Assembly: GCA_963735805.1 (NCBI GenBank)
Contig: CAVTMK010000002.1
Span: 992,001-1,056,000, forward strand
Length of the DNA stretch: 64,000 nucleotides
Reading direction: 5' to 3'
DNA from: an uncultured Verrucomicrobiae bacterium
GTDB taxonomy: Bacteria; Verrucomicrobiota; Verrucomicrobiia; Chthoniobacterales; UBA10450
Positions 19,493 to 27,942 of the stretch are shown one piece after another. The translations under genes and the position numbers were made by a program. Within the stretch, counting starts at the first letter, position 1; every line of letters begins with the position of its first letter. The notes beneath the pieces were generated by a model, which made no database searches, was not told where the DNA came from, and was given only the letters and a program-made list of their open reading frames with translations.

Positions 19493-19997
19493 AGAAAAAT
19501 GGACCGCCTGGGTCGACGGACAGCTTAGCGGGAGAGAACTGTCGGAATTTGAGGCGTCTTTGCCGGACAAAGCTGCCGCTGAAGCCGAAAAAGCGGAGGC
19601 GGCCAAGCTTGGCACTCTTTTGAAGCGCGAGCTAGGAGCCCCTGCGTTAACGAACGAAGAGTTTTTCAGCCATCAGCTCCGTGAAAGAATCGTACGCGAA
19701 AGCACCCTGCTTTCTGCGGAGCGTGAAACAGAGGCTTCCACGTGGTGGACAATTCCCCGCCTATTATGGACGGGCACCGCGTCGTTGGCCGTCTTTTTGA
19801 TTTTTACAGTTCTCGTGATTCGCGACAAGAATCCTGCGGAAGAATCACAATACCTTACCGCGATTCTGAATGCGCGGGTTGATCCGGTTGTCAGCCCAAA
19901 TGCAACCGTTTCAATGTTCGAGGCGAAGCAAGACCGGGTAACAGTATTGTGGACAGAAGGGCTGCAAAGTTTGCCAGCCGACTACGCCGCCAAGTAA
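19479..19997 (+). CDS. Putative anti-sigma factor
   Basis: Overlaps the sigma stop; AWVDGQLS..E...FE anti-sigma-like N-terminus and a single TM helix. Confidence 0.75.
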   Translation: MKTLEEKWTAWVDGQLSGRELSEFEASLPDKAAAEAEKAEAAKLGTLLKRELGAPALTNEEFFSHQLRERIVRESTLLSAERETEASTWWTIPRLLWTGTASLAVFLIFTVLVIRDKNPAEESQYLTAILNARVDPVVSPNATVSMFEAKQDRVTVLWTEGLQSLPADYAAK

Positions 19998-20003
19998 TTG
20001 CTC

Positions 20004-20447
20004 ATGAGTCGCAAGCTGGCGTTTTTAATCCCGTTTGTCTCATTAGTTGCAAGCGCGGTATCAGGGTTACAGGCTGCGGAAACGGTGTGGAGCGGACTTG
20101 TCATTGCGGAAAATGTCGCTCAGCCACAACCGATTCCCCCGGAGCTAATACGGATAGAGGGAGCCTTGAAAAAATTCTTCGGCTACAACCAATATCAGGT
20201 AATCGGCCAGTCACAAAAGAAGCTGAGGACCGGACAGGAAGACTGGCTCGCAACCAGCAAATTTTTCGGACTGCACGTCGATGCGCAAGGCGAAACTGAG
20301 GCTGGCTACGTCTTAAATTTGAAGCTTTATAAGGAGAGAGAGCTTTTGCTCGAAACGGATGCCAAGCTGAGCAAACGCAGTCCCCTGGTGATCAAAGGTC
20401 CGCAGATTGGCAGTGGGCAGTTACTGCTCGTGCTGGTTATACACTGA
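20004..20447 (+). CDS. Secreted hypothetical protein
   Basis: Signal peptide; in an operon with the ECF sigma/anti-sigma pair. Confidence 0.7.
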   Translation: MSRKLAFLIPFVSLVASAVSGLQAAETVWSGLVIAENVAQPQPIPPELIRIEGALKKFFGYNQYQVIGQSQKKLRTGQEDWLATSKFFGLHVDAQGETEAGYVLNLKLYKERELLLETDAKLSKRSPLVIKGPQIGSGQLLLVLVIH

Positions 20448-20468
20448 GCCAAGCGCCAAGTTTCAACA

Positions 20469-23129
20469 TTGGAGATGCGCGTCCTGTTTATCCTTTTAGC
20501 GACTGAATTTTTGATTGTGTCCTCCGCCACTGCTTCAGAAAAGCCATTCAGTTTCAAAGACACCCCGGGAAAACTCCCGAAAGAAGTGGTTCCGACAGAC
20601 TACTCCGTTCGGATCGTTCCTGATATCAATAAATTCACATTTGCCGGGACAGAGACGGTGAAGCTCAACGTTCGCAGCGCAGTTCGCCAACTGGTATTGA
20701 ACGCGCTCGAACTCAAAATCGAAACGGCGTCTATTAATGGCAAAGACTTACCGGTCTCCGCAATTAAGACCGACACCAAAAACGAACTGCTTACACTCGC
20801 GTTACCGTCAGAGCTTGCGACCGGAGAGCACACGCTCACGCTCCGTTTCACGGGTAAAATAAATGAGCAAGGGCAGGGCCTTTTCTACATGCGGTATCAG
20901 GAGCACGGTAATGGCGCTCGAAAGATCATGCTCGGAACCCAATTCGAAGCGACCGACGCTCGTCGATTTTTCCCTTGCTGGGACGAACCTGCCTTTCGCG
21001 CGCGCTTTCAGTTGACCGCAGTCGTACCAGAAAACTGGCTCGCTGTCTCAAACATGCCGATCCAGGACGAGAAAAAAATCCCTGGCGGCAAAGAGGTGCG
21101 ATTCGCTGCGACTCCGCCTATGTCCAGTTATCTGAACGTTTTCGTCGCGGGCGAACTCGATTTCATCGAATCGCGAAGTGGACCTACTGAGATCCGAGTG
21201 ATTACGACCAAAGGTAAGGCGGAGATGGGTCGCTATGCGCTTGAGGCGACCGCGCAAATCTTGCAATATTACAACGATTATTTCGGGGTGGCCTATCCCT
21301 TGCCGAAACTCGACCAGATCGCGATTCCCGGTGGCTTTGGTGGTGCGATGGAAAATTGGGGCGGCATTACCTACTACGAATCGAAACTTTTGTTTGATCC
21401 AAAAAGCTCCTCTGCGGAAACAAAGCAAGATGTCTATGAGGTCCTCGCACACGAAATGGCGCACCAATGGTTCGGCGACCTGGTAACGATGGCCTGGTGG
21501 GACAACTTATGGCTTAATGAAGGATTTGCCTCATGGATGGGCTCCAAATGTACAGCGCACTTTAATCCGCGCTGGGAAGTCTGGCTCCGCCGCGAATTCC
21601 CGCGGGATCCGAGCCGTCGCGCTGGAATCGCCAAGGAAGCAGCAATGGAAGGCGATGCGCGCCAGACTACTCATCCGATCCAACAGCGGATCGCGACTGA
21701 AACCGAAGCCAACAGCGCATTCGACGATATCACTTACAAAAAAGGCCAGTCATTTTTGCGGATGCTCGAGAGTTTTCTCGGTGACGATGTATTTCGGGAA
21801 GGGATTCGCCGTTACATAGCGGCGCATACGTATTCAAATACCACGACAGCGGATTTGTGGAATGCGCTCTCTGAAGCTTCCGGGAAACCGGTAGGGGAAA
21901 TCGCAGCCGGTTGGACAGAACAACCGGGTTTTCCCATCGTGAAAGTAAAACAGGAGCAAGGCGGCAATGTGTCGCTCGCGCAGGAACGCTTTACAATCAA
22001 TTTCACAAACGCTCCGTCGCTCGAATGGAAAATCCCGCTGACGTATGCGGTGGTCGGTGAAACTCCAGCGATTCTGCTGCTGAGCAGGAAGGTCGCCAGT
22101 ATCCACAACATTCCTCGGGAGCGAGCCCTCAAGCTAAACGTTGACGGCGCTGGGAATTATCGCGTCGAATACGATCAGCCATCGTGGAAATTGTTGCTCG
22201 GGGCATTGAGAAATTTGGGTGTGGAGGATCGCGTCAATCTATTGGGTGACGCCTGGGCTCTCGTCCAAGCGAATCGCGCCCCGATCGCTCTGTACTTTGA
22301 GTTGGTGGAAAAACTGCCGGCTTCGACCGAACTGGCCGAACGTGAACAAATCATCCACGTGCTCGATTTTATTAACCGGCTCTTGAGTGGCAGTCCTGAG
22401 CAAGAGAAATTTCAATACTATGCGCGATCGCTTTTGCGGCCCACTTTTGAAGCGGTTGGCTGGGAAACCAAACCAGATGAAGAATCGGCGACTCGCAACC
22501 TCCGGGGGAGCCTCATTACGGCGCTCGGGAACCTGAATGATCCGAAAATCGTCGCCGGGTGTCGCGAACGTTTTAGGGCTTTTCTCACCAATCCAGAATT
22601 AATAGCTCCCGACATTCGGCCGGCGGTCTTTTTAGTCGTTGGACGGTATGCTGACGAATCGACATGGAACGAACTCCACCAGCTCGGCCTCAAGACGACA
22701 AGCATTGAAGAACAACAAAATTATTATGATGCGCTGGCCGGATCGGTCGACCCCAAATTAGTGAAGAAGACCCTTCCTATCGCGCTGAAGGATGAGCTGC
22801 CAACGAGCCGTGCAATCTTTCTTGTGGCAAAGGTCGCCCGCGAGAGCGGTCATGCGGATATCGCTTGGGAGTTTGCCAGGGCGAATATGAAAACGCTCCT
22901 CGCAAAGGTCGATGCGGCTGGCGCCAACACGTACGCGCCCAGCCTCTTCACCTTTTTTGCCGACGATTCGCATTCCTGCGAGCTAGAAAGATACGCGAAA
23001 AACAACTTGCCGGCTGCGAGTGCTCCCGAAGTGGCAAAGGCCCTGGATGAAGTTCGGTTCCGGTCTGAATTCAAAAAACGGCTTTTACTTCAACTCAATG
23101 CATGGATGGATGGCAAAGAACGTTATTGA
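20469..23129 (+). CDS. M1 family aminopeptidase with an ERAP1-like C-terminal domain
   Basis: TQFEATDARRFFPCWDEP, GAMENWG, HEMAHQWFGD...WLNEGFA; signal peptide. Confidence 0.95.
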   Translation: MEMRVLFILLATEFLIVSSATASEKPFSFKDTPGKLPKEVVPTDYSVRIVPDINKFTFAGTETVKLNVRSAVRQLVLNALELKIETASINGKDLPVSAIKTDTKNELLTLALPSELATGEHTLTLRFTGKINEQGQGLFYMRYQEHGNGARKIMLGTQFEATDARRFFPCWDEPAFRARFQLTAVVPENWLAVSNMPIQDEKKIPGGKEVRFAATPPMSSYLNVFVAGELDFIESRSGPTEIRVITTKGKAEMGRYALEATAQILQYYNDYFGVAYPLPKLDQIAIPGGFGGAMENWGGITYYESKLLFDPKSSSAETKQDVYEVLAHEMAHQWFGDLVTMAWWDNLWLNEGFASWMGSKCTAHFNPRWEVWLRREFPRDPSRRAGIAKEAAMEGDARQTTHPIQQRIATETEANSAFDDITYKKGQSFLRMLESFLGDDVFREGIRRYIAAHTYSNTTTADLWNALSEASGKPVGEIAAGWTEQPGFPIVKVKQEQGGNVSLAQERFTINFTNAPSLEWKIPLTYAVVGETPAILLLSRKVASIHNIPRERALKLNVDGAGNYRVEYDQPSWKLLLGALRNLGVEDRVNLLGDAWALVQANRAPIALYFELVEKLPASTELAEREQIIHVLDFINRLLSGSPEQEKFQYYARSLLRPTFEAVGWETKPDEESATRNLRGSLITALGNLNDPKIVAGCRERFRAFLTNPELIAPDIRPAVFLVVGRYADESTWNELHQLGLKTTSIEEQQNYYDALAGSVDPKLVKKTLPIALKDELPTSRAIFLVAKVARESGHADIAWEFARANMKTLLAKVDAAGANTYAPSLFTFFADDSHSCELERYAKNNLPAASAPEVAKALDEVRFRSEFKKRLLLQLNAWMDGKERY

Positions 23130-23157
23130 GGACCGCACATCGCCCCACGGGTCCGGA

Positions 23158-23643
23158 TCACTGATCGCTGTTCTGCTGAGGCGTTACCCAAAGGCGCATC
23201 GGAATCATTGAAGACTCAACAAAACCGTGGTGACGGAAAAACTCCTGTGCCACATTTTCCGGCCGGTCGGTCAGCAAAGTAATGCGGAGAAAATTCTTCT
23301 GTTTGGCGAAATCGATCGCGTGCTCAAGGAGCTTCCTCCCGTAACCTTTGCCGTGGTAATGCTTATGGACTACCAGATCTTCAAGCACGATAACGAAGCC
23401 GCCCTCGGCGGTGCTGATGGTAAAGAGCAAATTGATCATCCCCACAATCGCACCGTTTCGCCGTAGTACAAAAACGCGCCCCCGGCTGGGTTGTTCGAAG
23501 ATCAAGCGCAAACCACGAAGCTGTTTATCTTTGTCCGGTCGAAAGTCGCCTTCTTGAGCGAACAAGTCCCCGAGCATTTCTGATAACTCGTCCAGGTCGG
23601 CTTCCGTCGCTGGCTCAATTACCACGTTTTCTTTCTCGCCCAT
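23158..23643 (-). CDS. GNAT family N-acetyltransferase
   Basis: LEDLVV...YHGKGYGRKLL motif A. Confidence 0.9.
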   Translation of the reverse strand: MGEKENVVIEPATEADLDELSEMLGDLFAQEGDFRPDKDKQLRGLRLIFEQPSRGRVFVLRRNGAIVGMINLLFTISTAEGGFVIVLEDLVVHKHYHGKGYGRKLLEHAIDFAKQKNFLRITLLTDRPENVAQEFFRHHGFVESSMIPMRLWVTPQQNSDQ

Positions 23644-23802
23644 TGGTTGCACTGCTTATTCCAAAAATCCGCCGCTCTGGCAATCAAATTAGCCTGACAG
23701 GCCGAGCCTGCGTTACTATTGATGCGGTTGGTGTCGTTGACAATATTGCGGTCGACCTTACTTTAGCCGCTCTTAAATCGTGCCGGATCTGTTTTCGGTT
23801 TT

Positions 23803-23976
23803 ATGAAACGCACTTATCAACCATCCAAGCGAACGCGCAAACGTCAGCATGGTTTTCGCGCCCGCATGAAAACAAAAGGGGGCCGCGCCACGCTGGCGCG
23901 CCGTCGGCAGCGCGGCCGCAAACGGTTGCTCCCAAAACGCGTCGAAAGACATTACGCTCGCCATACGCAGGCGTAG
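23803..23976 (+). CDS. rpmH: 50S ribosomal protein L34
   Basis: Manual translation [57 protein letters not shown] (57 aa, shorter than any ORF in the supplied track). Confidence 0.97.
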   Translation: MKRTYQPSKRTRKRQHGFRARMKTKGGRATLARRRQRGRKRLLPKRVERHYARHTQA

Positions 23977-24092
23977 CCTCTTTTGTCTCCGGCCAATCTA
24001 TCCTCGTTTGTCAGTCCGGCGCGATGGACCAAGTTTTTTGGCTGGTCATGTTTCGCTAACTTCGCTATGCTGCCCTGCAAAGAGTTAGCGCG

Positions 24093-25061
24093 ATGAAACC
24101 AAACGCAGTGGTCATTGAATCGCCTCGAACAAATTCGAGGATTTTCGCGTACACGCGCTGGGACATAGTTCCCGTGCTGGCTGCAGTTCTCCACTGCGTT
24201 TATTTCTTCGGGATGTTCTATCTCTTCCCGCGCGTCCCGCTTTGGATCATGCTCATCCTCGGCTTCATCTATTCGGTGAGCATCTCATGGAATATCAACG
24301 GTATCTCGCACAACTTCATTCATAATCCTTACTTCCGATCGCCATTGCTGAACCGCCTGTTTAGCATTCTTGAATCGGTCACTGTTGGTTTTAGCCAGGT
24401 TTTTTACGAATGCATTCACATGCAACATCACAGAGGAAACGCTGATCGGCCTAACGACAATGGCGAGACAGTCGATTGGATCTCGATCTACAAGCATGGA
24501 CATGACGGTGAGCCTGAGCACCCGCTTAAGTACACTTTCCTTAGTTTCTTTCGCGAAGATCCAAAGACGGTCTACCGGGAATTGAAACGAAAGAATCCGC
24601 GCGACGCCTTCTGGGGGGTTACAGAGTTAACGCTGTTCGTTTCCACATTCGTCACTTTCGGTGTCCTTAACTGGCACTACATCTGTTTCCTTCTTCCGTT
24701 CTGGTACTTGGGACACTGCCTGTCGTACCTCAACGGCTACTATCGCCACTTTGGGGGTAACCCGGACGAACCGCTCGCCTGGGGTGTGAGCAGTTACGAC
24801 AAACTCTATAACTGGATCTGGTTCTTTAATGGCTTTCACGCGGAGCATCATTTCCGACCGAAAGTTCACTGGACACGAATGCAGACGCTGCGCGATCAGA
24901 TCGTGGAACAACAACGCGCTGCTGGGGTCCGAGTGATCAAGCCGCCGCATGCTTTAGCTTTTCTAGATCCCAACCTCCCGCCCCTTAAACAAAATTCTCC
25001 GCAAAAATCTCGCACTCGTTGGGGCATAAAGTCTGCCCGCCTCCAAGGAAGAACCAACTGA
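24093..25061 (+). CDS. Membrane fatty acid desaturase-family protein (paralog 2)
   Basis: HNFIH, HMQHH and HAEHH boxes; clearly paralogous to 13734-14687. Confidence 0.85.
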   Translation: MKPNAVVIESPRTNSRIFAYTRWDIVPVLAAVLHCVYFFGMFYLFPRVPLWIMLILGFIYSVSISWNINGISHNFIHNPYFRSPLLNRLFSILESVTVGFSQVFYECIHMQHHRGNADRPNDNGETVDWISIYKHGHDGEPEHPLKYTFLSFFREDPKTVYRELKRKNPRDAFWGVTELTLFVSTFVTFGVLNWHYICFLLPFWYLGHCLSYLNGYYRHFGGNPDEPLAWGVSSYDKLYNWIWFFNGFHAEHHFRPKVHWTRMQTLRDQIVEQQRAAGVRVIKPPHALAFLDPNLPPLKQNSPQKSRTRWGIKSARLQGRTN

Positions 25062-25185
25062 CAGAATGCCTGGTTGATCAATCGGCATTCCAGCGGGGCC
25101 TTGATTAATTGTCGTCGAGTGACGAAAGATCTGAGGCTTCCGATTGCGGTTTAGTTCAACTGTTCCCGCAATCGAGCAGACTTTG

Positions 25186-25686
25186 TCAGTGACGCTTGTT
25201 CATCGTCCGTTTCTTAGGACCGCTGCCGACGTCTGGAACTTCTTCGCCGAGGGCAGTCGCTAAATCAATCTGATGGTCCTGCTCCTGCACCAGAATCTCC
25301 CGAATCTGTTCTGCCATCGCATACTCTCCAAGGGCTTCGCATTGTGGGATGCGATCGCGATAATTGCGAATGGTTTCGTTTTCATTGTCGAGATCGTAGC
25401 GGAGCATATCCCTCGGATTCTTAGATGTGCGGACCGGCTTGGGAGTGACCACCGGCATCTTGCCAAGATAGTCAATCTGTCGCGAGAGAATCAGGGCATG
25501 ATCGAGTTCCTGCTTTGCGTGGATTTCGAGCTGAGCGGCGATGTCCATGTACTGCGCACCGCTGAGCACCTGAGAGTAAACGACATAGGCGATGATCGCC
25601 TGATACTCACGAGACAGATCTTCGTTCAATAATTCCGCGAGACGATCGCGGGAAATTTCGTTTTCTTGGGATTTGGGTCCTGCCAT
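25186..25686 (-). CDS. Ferritin-like / bacterioferritin-family protein
   Basis: Diiron ligand pattern E...ELDH...E...EQDH. Confidence 0.85.
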   Translation of the reverse strand: MAGPKSQENEISRDRLAELLNEDLSREYQAIIAYVVYSQVLSGAQYMDIAAQLEIHAKQELDHALILSRQIDYLGKMPVVTPKPVRTSKNPRDMLRYDLDNENETIRNYRDRIPQCEALGEYAMAEQIREILVQEQDHQIDLATALGEEVPDVGSGPKKRTMNKRH

Positions 25687-25848
25687 TTAATTTCCTCCTT
25701 TGAGTTGAAAGACAAATTACTAATTAGACCGCTTCGGGCAGTCCCGCCAGCGTTGAAATTTCATCGGTTTGCATCGCTTATGCCAATTGTTGCCTTCAGC
25801 ATGCATCGAGTTTCATGTCATTCGACATCCAGAAAAAATAGCTCTGCC

Positions 25849-26304
25849 TCATAAAAGCTTAGACATTAGTCTGCGCAGTTTCGGCCAATCCTTTCTTCTG
25901 AGCATTAACCCGCGACATCGGGGATGTCCGCAGCTGCACGGTTCAAATTCTTCGCCCAGTTCGAAGTCATAGTCGATTAAGAGCTCTTCGCCCTGTTCAA
26001 TTGGCCGGATACTGGTTAACCAAAGGCCACCGCGCTTCTTTTTTATGGCACAGTTGGGATAACAACCGTGATTGACATGACCTGCGGGACTCCACTGCGG
26101 TCGGGCATCCATGTCACGCCTGGCATCGAACCTTATAACATGGTTGGCGCCGCGCAGTAACATGATGGCACCTTCTTCCCACGGGATGACGCGGCCTTTG
26201 AACTCGATGATCGGCGTACCTGCTCTGATCGGTAGAACAGCAAACAATCCGACGCCTTTAATTGGCGACCTTCGCTTCCGCCATAGCTGCTTTCGTCGCT
26301 GCAG
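25849..26304 (-). CDS. SET-domain protein (lysine methyltransferase family) with post-SET cysteines
   Basis: SPIKGVGLFA, NHGCYPNC, GEELLIDY, CSCGHPRCRG. Start placed at the CTG at 26304, downstream of GGGAGG. Confidence 0.85.
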   Translation of the reverse strand: MQRRKQLWRKRRSPIKGVGLFAVLPIRAGTPIIEFKGRVIPWEEGAIMLLRGANHVIRFDARRDMDARPQWSPAGHVNHGCYPNCAIKKKRGGLWLTSIRPIEQGEELLIDYDFELGEEFEPCSCGHPRCRGLMLRRKDWPKLRRLMSKLL

Positions 26305-26481
26305 TGTGATCTCCTCCCTTCATTCCTTTATTGATTGCATCTTGCTGTTTTGTCATCCGAAAATGATTACTTTTGGTGGATCCCGCTATCATGGTCTTGG
26401 CGGAATAGTTTTCGGTTAGGACGAAGCTTGGCTTCGGCTTATTTTTTGCTTGATCGGATCCTCCGATCTGATCATAACGAG

Positions 26482-26628
26482 GTTTCCCTGAGCACGATAG
26501 GCGGAACTACGCAAAACGGAGCGGTCGCATTCACCACGACCCATTGGAGCGTGGTGTTAACTGCTCAGGGAGAATCGCCGGCGGCACGGGAAGCGCTTGA
26601 GAAACTCTGCCGCACCTACTGGTGGCCG
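26482..26628 (+). pseudogene. 5' fragment of an ECF sigma factor
   Basis: FTTTHWSVVLTAQGESPAAREALEKLCRTYWWP matches the N-terminus of kinase-associated PVC-group ECF sigmas (recognised from memory). Similarity stops after YWWP and regions 2 and 4 are missing. Confidence 0.75.
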
Positions 26629-26669
26629 CCCCGAAGCGTAGAAGGTTACACAGTGGATGCAGGCATGGG

Positions 26670-26696
26670 GCAGGGCGCCTTCGGAGGCGCCCCTGC
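26670..26696. other. Strong GC-rich hairpin (terminator- or REP-like)
   Basis: GCAGGGCGCCT-TCGG-AGGCGCCCCTGC. Confidence 0.5.
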
Positions 26697-26731
26697 GCAA
26701 TTGGTTTCGTGTTAGATGTTCTGGCTCGCGA

Positions 26732-26746
26732 AAGTGATTTAAGATC
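26732..26746 (+). repeat. 15-bp direct repeat, copy 1
   Basis: AAGTGATTTAAGATC, identical to 31423-31437. Confidence 0.85.
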
Positions 26747-26903
26747 ACACGATTCTAGCTCACCATCGCGGGAGAGCGTGCGCGATGCTACGGGTTTGGC
26801 TACGGATTGAAAATAGATGATTTCATTGGTTCTCAGGGCGTTGTCTTTTCATTGCTACCAAGGGGAAACTTGGTTTTTGCGTTTACATCGCTTTGCGCGT
26901 AGT

Positions 26904-27836
26904 TCACGGATTCTTTCCGTTCGGTGCTGGCATCGTCTCACTCCGATGCCATGAGGTTGGGTCATGCACGGCGTCGACGACCTCACGAATTGAATCTATC
27001 ACTAGTTGTGGCTGCTCCATCTGGATCGCGTGGCCACTGTTTGTTTCGTTGATGTGTTTCGCGTTGAGAAGCTTTGCCAGACGATCCTGCGCGGTTCGCC
27101 ACGCCGGCCACGTATTCGCTCCTCCGGCACCAAAGTCGAATAGCTTATCCGAAGTAAGCAGGACGACAGGGGCAGGACGTACTCGTGGAGAGCTATGCAG
27201 CAGATCAAGCGTGCGCGCGTGGTCCGGCGCTTCCAGGCCGTTTGATTCGATCAGCTTTTTCGTGGCCTCAATGTACGTCGCCCATTGCGCAGGCGTCAGA
27301 GAGCTCTTCAGAAACTCCGAGGCGGAGTCGACCAGCACCAGGCCAGCGACCTCGGCTGGATACGTGCTCGCAAATAGCCTTGCAATCAGACCTCCCCAGG
27401 AGTGCCCGACAAGAACATAGGGCCCGGGTTCTCTTGATGCGATTAACACAGCATGCAGATCCGCAACGCCCTGTTGTGCGGTGGTCGGCTGTTGTACAGG
27501 CGTAGACTTAGTTTGTGTGTCATCATTCAGTGTGGTTCCAGGGCGATCGTAGGCACACACGCGGGTGAATTTGCTAACCTGCGGGAAGACAGCTGACTCA
27601 CCAGGTTTCGGCGCGCCATTCGGATTTTTAGGATCAATCAGATCGGTCCAGTCGTCGTGAGCGCCTCGCGTTCCTGATATAAGCACTACTGTAGGAGAAC
27701 CGGTGCCGCGGCATTCGAGATATATCTTGCGACCGCGACCGATGTCGACGAGGCCGCCAGCGCTGCTGGCTTCCCCGGCCGCAGCGATCACGACCTGAAA
27801 GAGGTTAATAAGAGTTACAACAAGGAAAAAACGCAT
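26904..27836 (-). CDS. Secreted alpha/beta hydrolase
   Basis: Signal peptide, RVCAYDRPG, LVGHSWGG, GLVLVDS, SGHAIQ. Confidence 0.9.
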   Translation of the reverse strand: MRFFLVVTLINLFQVVIAAAGEASSAGGLVDIGRGRKIYLECRGTGSPTVVLISGTRGAHDDWTDLIDPKNPNGAPKPGESAVFPQVSKFTRVCAYDRPGTTLNDDTQTKSTPVQQPTTAQQGVADLHAVLIASREPGPYVLVGHSWGGLIARLFASTYPAEVAGLVLVDSASEFLKSSLTPAQWATYIEATKKLIESNGLEAPDHARTLDLLHSSPRVRPAPVVLLTSDKLFDFGAGGANTWPAWRTAQDRLAKLLNAKHINETNSGHAIQMEQPQLVIDSIREVVDAVHDPTSWHRSETMPAPNGKNP

Positions 27837-27942
27837 GCCCGGAAGGAAATAACGATTCCAATCGCCATGTATATCCGCCGCTCAACACACAGCATATCCG
27901 CACATAAGCACTATCACAGGGAACTAATTCCCTCCAGATACC

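Noticed and set aside
23643..24059. 138-aa ORF
   Set aside because: An out-of-frame overlap of the real rpmH gene.
26335..26715. 126-aa ORF as an intact gene
   Set aside because: Only the middle ~50 aa resemble a sigma factor; treated as a pseudogene fragment.
26732..26760. Possible dif site
   Set aside because: It does not match the XerC/XerD arm consensus (no TTATGTTAAAT-like arm).
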